Positions 19,585 through 30,740 of a DNA stretch of 64,000 nt are shown piece by piece. The stretch is from assembly GCA_043820105.1 (NCBI GenBank), contig JBDREC010000103.1, forward strand, positions 15,405 through 79,404. The letters run 5' to 3'. Below the pieces are notes generated by a model. The model saw only the letters and a program-made list of their open reading frames with translations, had not been told where the DNA came from and searched no databases. Numbering within the stretch: position 1 is the stretch's first letter; every line of letters starts with the position of its first letter. This DNA is from Pseudomonadota bacterium. GTDB taxonomy: Bacteria > Bdellovibrionota_F > JAHFAK01 > JBDREC01. Both the position numbers and the translations under genes were made by a program.

Positions 19585-20463
19585 CTAATTTTTTAAAATA
19601 ACTGATCCTGATTCAATATCAATTATGTATGTATAAATTTTATCGTGATTTTTTAAATATTTAAAGTCAATAGCATTCCCTACATCAAGCAAACAACGAT
19701 TAGTATTGCTTTCAATAGGTGTGTTGTCACTATTGATAAAAGAAAAAGCAGGGTTTAGTTTCTTTTTAACTGCTATTGTAAAATTAAATGCTTGATTTGG
19801 TTTTTCTTTAAAACAGGACTCGAATTTTTCAATATAAAGTTTTATTGAATTTGGGTTTTCAAAATGAGAGTTTAAGGAATAAAATTTTTCTTTAGCAAGC
19901 ACATTTTCACGATCTAATTCAAAAACAATTTGATAATTTTCTAAAGCACATCTTAAGTTAGAAGTATTTTCACACGCTTTAGCCAGATTTAGTCTATAAA
20001 TTGCGATATCTGGTTTGTTCTCAATAAGCCACCTATATCCTATCATTGCTTCTTCAAATCTTCCTAAATCAAAATAAGTATTATAAATATTAAATCTATA
20101 TCCCTCATTATCAGGTTGAATATCAATTGCTTTTTGAAAGTTAATTAAAGCGTCTTCTGTGTCTCCTGACATTTTCAATACAATTGCATAAAGATTAATT
20201 GCATCTGAGTCATGGGTTAGTTGCTTTAAGTATAGCTCTAAAAGCTTTTTTGCTTCTGATAGGCTAGGTTTGCCAAGACTGTTTTTTAATGGAGGTGATA
20301 TTTCATTAACATATAATATTTTTTTTGCTCTTGCTAAATATTCACTGGCTGGCATAGAAGGGTAACCCCAAAAACCACCACCTGATCTAGTTGAGCAACT
20401 AGTAAAAACCATAATAAAACAAGTAAAAATTATTAAATAAATGCTTAAAATTCGCTTATTCAT
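19585..20463 (-). CDS. TPR-repeat lipoprotein
   Basis: Lipobox (FTSCST) after MNKRIL start with AAGGA RBS; repeated 34-residue TPR-like helical motifs. Confidence 0.55.
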   Translation of the reverse strand: MNKRILSIYLIIFTCFIMVFTSCSTRSGGGFWGYPSMPASEYLARAKKILYVNEISPPLKNSLGKPSLSEAKKLLELYLKQLTHDSDAINLYAIVLKMSGDTEDALINFQKAIDIQPDNEGYRFNIYNTYFDLGRFEEAMIGYRWLIENKPDIAIYRLNLAKACENTSNLRCALENYQIVFELDRENVLAKEKFYSLNSHFENPNSIKLYIEKFESCFKEKPNQAFNFTIAVKKKLNPAFSFINSDNTPIESNTNRCLLDVGNAIDFKYLKNHDKIYTYIIDIESGSVILKN

Positions 20464-20719
20464 TTTATAACAATCCTTTTTTGCTAATATTAATACTGTC
20501 AGAATCATGCCTATAAAAAATAATTTAATCAATGATATATTATTTTGATATCCCACGTCAAAGAAAAATTTCAGCATTGGCTGTATCAAACTTGAGAAGC
20601 AAAGTATCAAATTTGCAAATATTCATTATGAGACAAAGAGTTTAGCTCTTGTAATAAAAGGAAACAATCATGGCCCTGTTTTTGCAATATGTGTATTAAA
20701 AGCGGATTGGGAGAATATT

Positions 20720-21712
20720 ATGTTAAATGAAAATACTCAAATAAAAGACTTAAAGATTGATAGAAAAATTGCTGATGGCGGTATGGGTGAAATATTTTTA
20801 GGCAAATGTGATTTTCTGGTTAATGATGAAGCACATTCAAGGCAAGTTGTTTTTAAACGAATGAAAAAAAGGAATAATCAAGCTAAGTATTTCCAAAAAA
20901 ATCATTTAGTACAAGAGGCTCAAAAGTATATGTTTTTAAGGCATGAAAATTTTCCGAAGTGCTATGGAATTTATTCTAAGTTTCCATACGAATATTTGAT
21001 TTTAGAACATGTTAACGGTTATAGCTTAAGGGAAATTTTGAACTATGTTTGGTCAAAGCAGGATAAGTTGGAAGAAACATTTATAATATATGTTTGGATT
21101 GAAGTTATAAAAAGTTTAATTGCTTTGAATAATATAAGCTATAAGGGCTTGGGCATTATTCATAGAGATATTACACCTCATAATATTATGGTTTCTATGG
21201 ATGGAAAAATTAAGTTAATAGATTTTGGGATATCGGTTTTTTATGAAAAAAAATATGTGCATGAGAATAGGTTTATTGCTGGTAAACCTTTATATATGTC
21301 ACCTGAACAATCTTCATACAGCGATATTGACTTAAGAAGTGATATCTACTCCCTATCAATCACAATGTATGAAGCTTTATCCAGGATACCTTTAATTAAA
21401 AAATACTGTGATTTAAGTTTTCAAAAAGATGAAATTATTTTAGGTTTAAAAAAAGACAGTGATATTAGTTTAAAATGTAAAAGGATATTAAAAAAAGGAC
21501 TTTCAATTGAAAAAAACAAACGGTTTTCCTCGCCAAAAGAAATGCATAAAAGAATTATACATGATTTTGGTTTTGTAAATCGCAGGGCAATATTTCCTTA
21601 TTTGAATCTGCTATTAAAAGAAATGGAAAGTAAAAATGGGATTTTAAAAGAATTAGATGACGAGAAAACAACTTTAAATTTTTATTTTACGGAAGGCCAA
21701 GAAAAACGATAA
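20720..21712 (+). CDS. Hanks-type serine/threonine protein kinase
   Basis: Catalytic loop HRDITPHN, DFG motif (LIDFGIS) and SPEQ activation-segment motif. Confidence 0.7.
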   Translation: MLNENTQIKDLKIDRKIADGGMGEIFLGKCDFLVNDEAHSRQVVFKRMKKRNNQAKYFQKNHLVQEAQKYMFLRHENFPKCYGIYSKFPYEYLILEHVNGYSLREILNYVWSKQDKLEETFIIYVWIEVIKSLIALNNISYKGLGIIHRDITPHNIMVSMDGKIKLIDFGISVFYEKKYVHENRFIAGKPLYMSPEQSSYSDIDLRSDIYSLSITMYEALSRIPLIKKYCDLSFQKDEIILGLKKDSDISLKCKRILKKGLSIEKNKRFSSPKEMHKRIIHDFGFVNRRAIFPYLNLLLKEMESKNGILKELDDEKTTLNFYFTEGQEKR

Positions 21713-21840
21713 TAATTAATTATATTTATAAAGGGTTATTTCTACAATCTCTGAGCGTTGGAAAAGCCTCATGTATGGTCCCCAGGTAGCAGTGCCAGCA
21801 TAAGGAAACAAGCAAAACTCCTGCGAAAATGACTAGAATT

Positions 21841-22545
21841 TTATTCATTTAAATAAGTCTTAAAAATTATTTTTAGATCATCAAGCAAGTTTTCACTTAA
21901 TAAAAAACTCACAATTCCACCTTGAGTATTTAGCTTAACAACAGCATTTAAATTGGCATCTTCAATTTTAACTTCTTTTAATCTTTCACAAAAGGCTCTA
22001 TTCATAATATCAATCTCAGAGTATATTTTTTGAAGTCCTTTTAGCTCAATATCAGGAAATTTGTCTTCTTTTAATAAAAAGTATTGGGCTACAAGATACA
22101 TAGATACAACTCTGTACATTGTTTCAACGTCTGTTGAAAATGGAAGGTGATATCTAACCATTGGTTTTAGTTTGGATACAACAGGGCAATCAGAAGCTGC
22201 CATTAAAAAGCCCATTAAGGAGCTAATTCCTTGTTGAAGGCTTGTTTTTTTGGAATAGGTTCTCATATTTGTTTCGCAAGTAATTAGCACTTCTTCATAT
22301 GAAAGCGATTTTGAATATGTTTCAATAACATCAATTACATTTATTGCAATAGGGCAATTGGAGTGTTTTTGAGGATCAAGTTTGCAATTTGGGCATTGAT
22401 TGTGGGAAAGTTGTACCCAGTCTGGAAAGCATGTCCTTTCTTTTGGTACAAGAGATAAAGTGTTTTCATTTAGATCTAATGTGAAAACATTTTCTTTTCC
22501 GTCAGCATGCTTAAATATATATTTAAAAGTAAGAATGTTATTCAT
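21841..22545 (-). CDS. Hypothetical Cys-containing protein
   Basis: Cys cluster CFPDW ... NQCPNCK ... SNCPIA suggests a metal-binding module; no family assigned. Confidence 0.4.
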   Translation of the reverse strand: MNNILTFKYIFKHADGKENVFTLDLNENTLSLVPKERTCFPDWVQLSHNQCPNCKLDPQKHSNCPIAINVIDVIETYSKSLSYEEVLITCETNMRTYSKKTSLQQGISSLMGFLMAASDCPVVSKLKPMVRYHLPFSTDVETMYRVVSMYLVAQYFLLKEDKFPDIELKGLQKIYSEIDIMNRAFCERLKEVKIEDANLNAVVKLNTQGGIVSFLLSENLLDDLKIIFKTYLNE

Positions 22546-22721
22546 TTTATTTCCATTTCTCTATGATAATATGCAAATACAGAGACAAATAGTGATGAAA
22601 AAGATGAAATTAATCAAGTTTTAATAGCACGGAATATATTTATAAAAAAAAGAATTCTTGCTTGTGTATAAAATTTAATATATGGATTTTTACTTTCATT
22701 ATTAATGAATAGGGCATAAAA

Positions 22722-23153
22722 ATGTCTAGAGAGCAAGCTTTTGTCCATAAAACAAAAGAAGATGTAGCCATTGTATATGTAAAAAGAAGCACAGCCTGTG
22801 AGCACTGTAATTCAAAGTCAGTTTGTCAAACTATTGATTCAGGAATGAATGAAATCAAAGTAAAAAATTCAATCTCAGCTAAAGAAGGAGACACTGTCAT
22901 TATAGAACTTGGATCCACAAAAGTAGTTAAAGCTTCTTTATTGGTTTATGGTTTGCCTATATTTTCATTTCTTATAGGAGCTATTTTCGGATTTTCTTTT
23001 AGTAATATTCTATCAATTAGCAAGGACAGTGCGGCTTTAATTTTTGGTTTTAGTGCTGTTTGCATTTCAATTGTAATAATTAAGCTTGTTTCTAATAAGC
23101 TAGAAAAATCTGGAACTTTCACTCCTGATATTATCAAGATACTCAAACAATAA
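22722..23153 (+). CDS. RseC/MucC-family membrane protein
   Basis: N-terminal AIVYVKRSTACEHCNSKSVC followed by two TM helices, typical RseC/MucC layout. Confidence 0.55.
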   Translation: MSREQAFVHKTKEDVAIVYVKRSTACEHCNSKSVCQTIDSGMNEIKVKNSISAKEGDTVIIELGSTKVVKASLLVYGLPIFSFLIGAIFGFSFSNILSISKDSAALIFGFSAVCISIVIIKLVSNKLEKSGTFTPDIIKILKQ

Positions 23154-23307
23154 TAATAAATTGACATATTATCAAAAATGGGAATTCATGGATTATTAAA
23201 AATGAGAATTTAATGATTTGACATATTGCATTAAATTTGTTAGTGCTTTCACATCTTTAGGTTACGGAGGTCAACTTAGATCAGGATATCCATGATAATC
23301 AAATCTT

Positions 23308-24435
23308 TTGGCAAAGAAATTAATATTAGGAAGATACTATAAAATGGTATGTAATAAAAGTAATGTTTTTTGTTTAATAAATTATAAATTAATCTTTTTT
23401 GTAATTGTAGCTTTTGTTTTGTTGATTAATTCAAGTTTACCGAAAAATTTTCAAGAAGCTGAAAATGAGCAGAAAAGAATATTTATCATTTTTAGCTATC
23501 CAATTGGTCCTTGGACAAAGGGTATTTTAAGAGGTTTTGAGCAGAAATTAAAAAATGGAAATGTAAAATATGAGTTAAAAACTTATGTTTATCATAGTTT
23601 ATATTTTATAAACAAGTCAGACACCGTAATAAGAGAAGAAATTGAAACTATTAAGCAGAAAATTAAAGACTTTAAAGCTGATTATATAATAGTTTTTGAT
23701 GATGAGGCGGCTGATGAAATTGTTTCAAAAATGTACTCCCTGGAGATTCCAATATTATTTGGAGGAATAAATAAGAAAAAAGAAGATGTCAAATGGCTTA
23801 AAAAAAACAGAAATATTACTGGTTATTTTGAATGGTTTCCATATGGGAAATCATTAAATTTGCTTTTAAACTTAACAAATAATAAAGTAAAAAAGATTTC
23901 AATTATTTCTTCTCAAAATCCTACATCAAAAATTATTATTGATCAAATGAAGACATTTTTTGAAGAGGAAAACAAAACTCAAGTTAAACTTTCTAAGATT
24001 TATAAATATGAAAAATGGACTGAATGGAAAAATGCTGTTTTAGAAATGAACAAGTCAGTTGACGCTTGTTATTTGGTTCTGCCTTATAATGTAGTCGATA
24101 AACAAGGCATTCGAATGGACTTAAAGGTCATGGCTAACTGGTTGCAAGCCAATGTCAAGATACCTGGTTTGGCGATTTCAGCAGTTGGTTTATCCATGGG
24201 AATGATTGCTACAATCGCAATTACACCTGAAATCGTTGGAGAAGATCTTGGAAATCTTATTTATAAAAATGTTAAGAAGAATATAAGTATAAATAAAATG
24301 ACATATCAAAGTCAGAGCAAAGGAGAGATAATGATTAATAAGAGTAAAATGGATCTTCTTGGCTTAAAAATACCTATTGATTTGTTAAATTACGCGATAA
24401 TTTATAATAACCCTAAATTAAATATGGAAGAATAA
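23308..24435 (+). CDS. Periplasmic substrate-binding-like protein partnered with the downstream histidine kinase
   Basis: N-terminal TM/signal, approx 340-aa soluble domain; stop 1 nt before the kinase start; family assignment tentative. Confidence 0.4.
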   Translation: MAKKLILGRYYKMVCNKSNVFCLINYKLIFFVIVAFVLLINSSLPKNFQEAENEQKRIFIIFSYPIGPWTKGILRGFEQKLKNGNVKYELKTYVYHSLYFINKSDTVIREEIETIKQKIKDFKADYIIVFDDEAADEIVSKMYSLEIPILFGGINKKKEDVKWLKKNRNITGYFEWFPYGKSLNLLLNLTNNKVKKISIISSQNPTSKIIIDQMKTFFEEENKTQVKLSKIYKYEKWTEWKNAVLEMNKSVDACYLVLPYNVVDKQGIRMDLKVMANWLQANVKIPGLAISAVGLSMGMIATIAITPEIVGEDLGNLIYKNVKKNISINKMTYQSQSKGEIMINKSKMDLLGLKIPIDLLNYAIIYNNPKLNMEE

Positions 24436-24436
24436 A

Positions 24437-27400
24437 ATGAGAAAACAAGATTATGTTTTGTTTATATTAATAGCCATTGTGCCAGTGGTATTCTTGAGCT
24501 ATCTTTTTTATAATTCTGTTATTGGCAATTCGAGACAAAATATGATGAACCATATAAATTATGAAATAAACAGTAATCTAAAGGAAGTTGCTAATTATAT
24601 AGATTTTAGGAAAAAAAACCTGGTTCACCTAAGTACCTTAAAAGATTTTTCAATTGCTACATATTATGAAAGATATGAAGGTATTGAAAGACTTTTTAAT
24701 TCTTATATTAATAATGATAGAGAAATTTATGGACTCTTGTTTTTTAATCTAGAAGATAAGTTGTTGGCTTTTAACACTTTTGATAATGCGGGTAAGTATA
24801 TAAATGATCCCAAAAACTATTGGCAGGTAATTTATAATAAAATTAATTTTTACAATGACTTTCTTGGCTCACTTCCTGATTCTGATAACACAAGAAAAAT
24901 TGTGGTTTATTCAAAAGTATATAATGAATTTGAAGATGTTCTTGGTAAAGTAGTCGTAATTTATCACAACAATTATTTGGGTACCTTTTTTAGGAATACT
25001 TATAAAAAATTAAAAAACATACATAAACTGGACAGTGATTATTATTTGACCTTAAAGTCAAGGCACAGAGAGGATTTGATTTTAGTTTCTGGGAATTTAA
25101 AAGATGATATTAAAGAAAAGAAATTTATTAAAAATAAAAAATTATACAACTATTTTCAAAAAGATGCCAGTATAGAGGATGGGCTTTCCCTATTAACATC
25201 ATTCAGAATATTAAACAAACAATTGTTTTATAAAAACTTTCAATTAGAAGTAATTTTTATTTTAGTTTTTGCCTTATCAATTGGAATAATAATTATACTT
25301 TCAATGGTTTTAATTAAAAAAAGCTTCCGTCCAACAAAACTAGTTTTATCTAAGCTCGAAGAACTTTCTCATGGAGATTATAGTAAGCTGTCTTCTGAAA
25401 AGGATCCCTATACTAAATATTACGTTGATATAGCGAACTCTTTAATTGATAGAATTGAATCTTTAAGAAAAATTCAAGATAAGAATTCAAAGCTGGCTGC
25501 CATCGGTCAAACCGCTGCCTTGCTAGCTCATGATATTAGAAAACCATTTTCGAATTTGAAGTCATTTTTGGATATGTTTGAAACTTATAAACACAATAAA
25601 AATGCTTTAGAAGCAGCAAAAAAATCTGTTCAAACATCCATTGCTCATGTTGAAAGAATGGTTGGTGATATTATTGATTTTTCAAAGTCAACTCATCTTG
25701 ATCAAAGTGATGAACAGCTAAGTTCGATTATAGATTTGGCTTTAAAGGAAATCGCCAGTGGATTTTCCGATCTAGATATTTCCTTTTGTTATGATATTAA
25801 TCATACCTTAAAACCTTTTGTTGATAAAGATAGAATGATACGTGTGTTTTCTAACATTTTATCTAATGCAATTGAAGCAATTACCATAATTGGGAAAAGA
25901 AGCTATGGAACAGTATGGATTAAGAGTACTGATCTTTTAATAGATGATAAAAAATATATAGAAATCATAATTGGAAATGATGGACCAAATATTTTAGATG
26001 ATGATTTGGAAAAATTATTTGATTCATTTTATACAAAAGGAAAAAAACGTGGAACTGGCTTGGGCCTAGCTTCTGCTTATAGCATTATTAAAAAGCATGG
26101 CGGTTCATTGATGGCTCGAAATACGGAAGATGGATTTGGTGTAGAATTCGTGATAATAGTTTCAGGTTCACAATATTTAGATAAAGGCAAAATTGATATT
26201 TTACCAGGAAAATTGAAAGAAATTGTCTTTGTTGAAGAACAGGCAGAAGATAGATTTAATAAGCCAAACCTTGCCTTATTAAACACAACAAGTAATTTCC
26301 ATAAGTTAATATTGATAGAAGACGAAGCTTTATACAGGGCATCTGTGAGAAATCTTATTAGCAGTGATGAAATATTAAATAAATCAATTGTCCTTTATGA
26401 GGCTAATAATGTTGAAGACTCTATAACTTTAATTAAAAAAGAAAATATAAAGATAGCTATTGTTGATATTGATTTAAAACAAAATATGAATGGCTATGAT
26501 TTTTTAAGAGAAGTAAAACAGCAAAATTTAAAGGTGCTTTCACTAGTTCATTCAAATAGGTATTTAAAAGATGATATGAAAAAAGCATATGAGTTGGGAG
26601 CCTGTGCCTATATGAACAAACCATTGACTCTCAATGGTCTTTTGAATTTTATGGAAATAGCTTTAAAGAAGCAGAAACAATCCTATGGTGAACTTGAGAA
26701 AAATAGATTCAAAGCAAATAATGCAAAATCCTTGGTCTGTTTTATTGTTGATGATTCAGTAATATCCAGAAAGTATTTTAAAAGCATGATTCAAAATATT
26801 TTAATGGACCATGAATTTATGGTTTTTGAATTTTCTGATCCTCAAGAGGCTTTGGATGCTTTTGGTAAGCTGAAACCACAATTGGTTTTTACAGATCAAT
26901 ATTTTGAAAATAATTTAAATTTTCTGGGCACTGATTTTATAAAAAGTATAAGAATGCAGAGTAAAGAAACCAAGATTTACTTATACTCAAATACTTCTGA
27001 TGATATTCTTAAGGACATGTCAAAAGACTATGATGTTAATGCAACAATAATACCTGATATTTCATTTGAAGATTTGAAAACTATTGTTTTTAGAGATTTG
27101 CATGTTGATAAAATGGAAAATAAATTAAGTGGGATTGATATTGATGAGTATATTCCAAAGTTATTTCATGATATTAATAAACCAATATCAAATACTTTTA
27201 TGATATTTAATTCCTGCAAAAGTGTTTTAAATAATGAGTCACAAGAGAAAATCATAGAAATGCTCACTCGACATAAAGAAGAAATAAAAAAAGTTATACA
27301 TGAAAATAAAAAAAAGATATATCAAGGAAAAGAGTTGTTGAGCAGGTATCCTGGATTAGATGTTGATGCGATTATAATGCACTATAACTCTCAGTTTGAT

Positions 27401-27544
27401 TTTATCCAAAACTATATTGAAAAAGATCTTTCTGAAACATTTTTTAATGTCCAAGAAAGAGATAAAATTCTATTATCACTTCAAGAAATTAATAAAAACA
27501 ATAATAGGCTTGCTAAGGATGTTATATCTGTGGTTTTAAACTAG
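24437..27544 (+). CDS. Hybrid sensor histidine kinase with C-terminal receiver domains
   Basis: TM sensor region; H-box LLAHDIRKPFSNL; HATPase G-box GTGLGLASAYSIIKKHGG; receiver-like segments with IAIVDIDL. Confidence 0.75.
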   Translation: MRKQDYVLFILIAIVPVVFLSYLFYNSVIGNSRQNMMNHINYEINSNLKEVANYIDFRKKNLVHLSTLKDFSIATYYERYEGIERLFNSYINNDREIYGLLFFNLEDKLLAFNTFDNAGKYINDPKNYWQVIYNKINFYNDFLGSLPDSDNTRKIVVYSKVYNEFEDVLGKVVVIYHNNYLGTFFRNTYKKLKNIHKLDSDYYLTLKSRHREDLILVSGNLKDDIKEKKFIKNKKLYNYFQKDASIEDGLSLLTSFRILNKQLFYKNFQLEVIFILVFALSIGIIIILSMVLIKKSFRPTKLVLSKLEELSHGDYSKLSSEKDPYTKYYVDIANSLIDRIESLRKIQDKNSKLAAIGQTAALLAHDIRKPFSNLKSFLDMFETYKHNKNALEAAKKSVQTSIAHVERMVGDIIDFSKSTHLDQSDEQLSSIIDLALKEIASGFSDLDISFCYDINHTLKPFVDKDRMIRVFSNILSNAIEAITIIGKRSYGTVWIKSTDLLIDDKKYIEIIIGNDGPNILDDDLEKLFDSFYTKGKKRGTGLGLASAYSIIKKHGGSLMARNTEDGFGVEFVIIVSGSQYLDKGKIDILPGKLKEIVFVEEQAEDRFNKPNLALLNTTSNFHKLILIEDEALYRASVRNLISSDEILNKSIVLYEANNVEDSITLIKKENIKIAIVDIDLKQNMNGYDFLREVKQQNLKVLSLVHSNRYLKDDMKKAYELGACAYMNKPLTLNGLLNFMEIALKKQKQSYGELEKNRFKANNAKSLVCFIVDDSVISRKYFKSMIQNILMDHEFMVFEFSDPQEALDAFGKLKPQLVFTDQYFENNLNFLGTDFIKSIRMQSKETKIYLYSNTSDDILKDMSKDYDVNATIIPDISFEDLKTIVFRDLHVDKMENKLSGIDIDEYIPKLFHDINKPISNTFMIFNSCKSVLNNESQEKIIEMLTRHKEEIKKVIHENKKKIYQGKELLSRYPGLDVDAIIMHYNSQFDFIQNYIEKDLSETFFNVQERDKILLSLQEINKNNNRLAKDVISVVLN

Positions 27545-27573
27545 TACCGCTAAAAGAAAAAGGGGTTTTGTTA

Positions 27574-28962
27574 ATGGTAATGCAAAAAAAATTATTAATT
27601 GCTGATGATGAATATTCTGTTAGGGCATCATTATCTTTAATACTTGGCAAGAAATATTCCATTGTTGAAGCAGATAGTTTTACTTCATGCATTGATGCTT
27701 ATAAAAATAATGATATTTCTCTGACCATTCTAGATATTGACTTTAAAGAAGATAAAGATGGACTTAATCTTTTAAAGCAAATTAGGCAGATTGATAAATC
27801 AGCACCTGTTATTATGCTATCAGATATTATTTCAATAAATAAAATAGTGGAATCCATGAAACTTGGGGCTTACGATTATATTGCAAAATCTTCAGATAAC
27901 CTCAAAGAAGATCTCTTAATTAGAATTGAAAACTGTTTGCGTAGAAGCGTAAGAGAAAAATGCTATGAACTTTTAAAGACTAAAGTAAAAAAAGAACATC
28001 ATATTGTAACACAAGATAAAAGTATTTTGGCAGCCCTGAATGAAATTAATTCAATAGGTGAAATGAATATTTTAATAGAAGGTGAGACAGGTGTTGGAAA
28101 AACTCCTGTTGCTCTTTATGCAAACACTGTTTTGTCAAGCAGCAGTAAAGCTAGACCCTTTGTTCGCATAAATTGTGCAGGTTTGAATAGGGCCAGACTC
28201 CAGGATGAACTTTTTGGCCATAAAAAAGGTGCATATACTGGAGCTGAAAATGATAAGCAGGGGCTTGTAGAGCTAGCTAATAATGGAGATCTGTTTTTTG
28301 ATGAAATAGGGGACCTTGACCTTGAGTGCCAAGCTGAGCTACTAATGTTTTTAGATAGCGGTGAGTTTAGAAGACTTGGAGATCCAATTTTAAGGAGTAC
28401 AAATTGCAGGATTGTCTGTGCCACAAATAGTAATTTAAAACAAAAAGTTAATGATGGAAGTTTTAGACACGATCTTTATTCAAGAATTTCTCAGTGTCCG
28501 TTTGTAATCCCTCCTTTGAGAGATAGAAAACAGGATATTAAAATAATTATGGAATATTATATTAATGAGTTCGCAGGTTTTGATAAACCTTACGAAAAAA
28601 AAATATTAGAAACATTTAACGATTATCATTGGTATGAAGGAAATGTGCGTGAATTAAAAAATGCAGTTCTTTACATGTGTCAAAAATCAAAGAAAGAAGA
28701 GATGATTAAGTTTTCTCATATTAATTATGAGTATCTTAAGGAAAATAGTTCCTTTAATAATAATGGTCAGCAAAAGCTCATTGATAAGGAAAAAATATTT
28801 GATTTAGGCCTTGAAAATTATCTGAAATATATTGAAAAGGATATTTATAAAGAAATAATCGATGGAGAAAAGGATTTAAGAATTCTTGCTAAAAAGTTAA
28901 AAGTTCCTGAATCCACATTTTATAGAAAACTTAAAAGCTATAAGATCAGCAAAGATTACTGA
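27574..28962 (+). CDS. Sigma-54-dependent response regulator (NtrC family)
   Basis: Receiver domain (LLIADDE ... LDIDF), AAA+ Walker A GETGVGKT, sigma-54 interaction-like GAYTGA, C-terminal HTH. Confidence 0.8.
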   Translation: MVMQKKLLIADDEYSVRASLSLILGKKYSIVEADSFTSCIDAYKNNDISLTILDIDFKEDKDGLNLLKQIRQIDKSAPVIMLSDIISINKIVESMKLGAYDYIAKSSDNLKEDLLIRIENCLRRSVREKCYELLKTKVKKEHHIVTQDKSILAALNEINSIGEMNILIEGETGVGKTPVALYANTVLSSSSKARPFVRINCAGLNRARLQDELFGHKKGAYTGAENDKQGLVELANNGDLFFDEIGDLDLECQAELLMFLDSGEFRRLGDPILRSTNCRIVCATNSNLKQKVNDGSFRHDLYSRISQCPFVIPPLRDRKQDIKIIMEYYINEFAGFDKPYEKKILETFNDYHWYEGNVRELKNAVLYMCQKSKKEEMIKFSHINYEYLKENSSFNNNGQQKLIDKEKIFDLGLENYLKYIEKDIYKEIIDGEKDLRILAKKLKVPESTFYRKLKSYKISKDY

Positions 28963-29031
28963 TTTATTTTTGATAGAACAATTTCTTTACAAGTAATTGA
29001 TAAAAGTATAAATTCTTTCATAATTTATTTA

Positions 29032-29089
29032 AACCTAAACAAGGCGATTTATTTTTTGTAAACAAAAAATAAATCGCTTTGTTTAGGTT
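29032..29089. terminator. Long imperfect inverted repeat (26-bp arms, 6-nt loop) between the NtrC-like gene and the downstream kinase
   Basis: AACCTAAACAAGGCGATTTATTTTTT-GTAAAC-AAAAAATAAATCGCTTTGTTTAGGTT, one mismatch; could be a terminator, binding site or small repeat element. Confidence 0.4.
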
Positions 29090-29112
29090 AAAATTTAATA
29101 AGGACAATATAA

Positions 29113-30573
29113 ATGGATTATATGATCTCCATCTATTTTTTTTATGGCTTGTCATTTATTATTCTTGGAGTTTCTGTTTTTATTTATCCAAAGGATAACA
29201 GTTATTTTAAAATTTCAAAACACTTTTGGCTAATTGGCTTATTTGGTATCCTTCAAGGTTTTAATGAATGGATAGATCTTCTAATATATCTTGATTTTGA
29301 ACCACATATCTTAGATTTGAATTATTTAGGTTTGTTTATTGGCTTAATATCTTTTGTTCCTTTACTACAATTTGGCATTAGTCTTATTGTTGAGTGGTAT
29401 GAAGTTAATGGCTTTATTGTTAAATTTATGCCCATGCTCATTTTTCTTGTTTGTCTGCTGGTAATCGGTGTAATTGGATTTGATTACAATGGTGGCCAGA
29501 TTTTAGGACGTTATAGTATTGGCCTTCCTGGTTCAATCTTTACTTCAATTGCTCTTTTAATGTTTGCCAGACAATATGATAAAAAAACTTTGTTTAATAT
29601 AAAAAATGACTTTCATGTTGCCTCATTTTTATTTGCTCTTTATGCAATTTTTGCAGGACTCATTACACCTGTTGGTAATTTTTTTCCAAGTAATATTTTT
29701 AACAATGAAATCTTTTTTGATATTTTCGGTTTTGATGTACATGTTTTTAGAGCTTTAATTGCCTTTGGTTTATCTATTTGTATAGTTAGAAGTCTCAGAA
29801 TATTTGATTTAGAAAACAAAGAAAAATTAAAAAATTTAAATAAAATGATTCTTGAAAAGAATGAAAAATTATCCCAATTTGATAAATTAAAATCTGCCTT
29901 TGTTGCAAATGTTTCTCATGAGTTTAAAAATCCTTTAGCAATTATTAAAAGTAATGTGGAATTTTTAGAAGAACTTCTCGCACCTAAAATGGACAATGAT
30001 CAAAAGGAATTGTTTGCTTCATCAATTAAAGTCACTAATCGTCTCACACGCCTTGTTAACGATCTCTTAGATCTGTCGAAAATTGAATCCGGAAAAATGG
30101 AAATTAAAAAAGAAATTATTGATTTAAAGGAAATGTTAAATGAAGTTATTGCATCTTTTAAGCTTATTTCTGCTAAAAAGAATATTGAGATTGCAACTAA
30201 TATTGATAATAATATTGGGGTTATCATTGGAGATAGAGATAGGTTAATAGAAGTTTTATCCAATATATTGAATAATTCTGTGAAATATAGCCCTGAAAAT
30301 ACACGTGTTGAAATAAGTGTTGAAGGCTGTGAAAAACTCTGTAAGTTTAGCATAAAAGACCAGGGCCCTGGGATTCCTGTAGAATACAGAGCTAAAATAT
30401 TTGATAAATTTGAGAGAATTAAGTCAGAGAAACAAGAAGGAACTGGTTTGGGTTTGCCAATTGCTAAAGATATTGTTGAACTTCACAAGGGGCGAATTTG
30501 GATAGAAGATACAAATGATCAAAGTGGAAGCAAGTTTGTCTTTGAAATTCCAAGGACAATACTAAATAGATAA
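29113..30573 (+). CDS. Sensor histidine kinase with polytopic membrane N-terminus
   Basis: Multiple TM helices; H-box VSHEFKNPLAII; HATPase motifs (NSVKYSP, DQGPGIP, GTGLGLPIAKDIVELHKG). Confidence 0.75.
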   Translation: MDYMISIYFFYGLSFIILGVSVFIYPKDNSYFKISKHFWLIGLFGILQGFNEWIDLLIYLDFEPHILDLNYLGLFIGLISFVPLLQFGISLIVEWYEVNGFIVKFMPMLIFLVCLLVIGVIGFDYNGGQILGRYSIGLPGSIFTSIALLMFARQYDKKTLFNIKNDFHVASFLFALYAIFAGLITPVGNFFPSNIFNNEIFFDIFGFDVHVFRALIAFGLSICIVRSLRIFDLENKEKLKNLNKMILEKNEKLSQFDKLKSAFVANVSHEFKNPLAIIKSNVEFLEELLAPKMDNDQKELFASSIKVTNRLTRLVNDLLDLSKIESGKMEIKKEIIDLKEMLNEVIASFKLISAKKNIEIATNIDNNIGVIIGDRDRLIEVLSNILNNSVKYSPENTRVEISVEGCEKLCKFSIKDQGPGIPVEYRAKIFDKFERIKSEKQEGTGLGLPIAKDIVELHKGRIWIEDTNDQSGSKFVFEIPRTILNR

Positions 30574-30643
30574 TTAAAACAATGGCATAGCTATTCAATG
30601 GCCGAAATAAATTTATTGTCAATAGCATATCTCTAGATCAATT

Positions 30644-30672
30644 TTGCATTTATCATATAATTTTGCTATAAT
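30644..30672 (+). promoter_or_regulatory. Near-consensus sigma-70-type promoter (TTGCAT-N17-TATAAT with TGc extension) upstream of the LamG-like lipoprotein gene
   Basis: Read directly: -35 at 30644-30649, -10 at 30667-30672, start codon at 30741. Confidence 0.45.
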
Positions 30673-30740
30673 CGTATGTATAGTTAATAATTTAAGCAAA
30701 TCTGCTTAATTGTTAAGAGTTTTGTTGGGGAGACTACATT

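Noticed and set aside
30574-30740. Sigma-54 (-24/-12) promoter upstream of the LamG lipoprotein gene, given the adjacent NtrC-like activator
   Set aside because: No convincing GG-N10-GC element found by eye; the region instead shows a sigma-70-like TTGCAT-N17-TATAAT.
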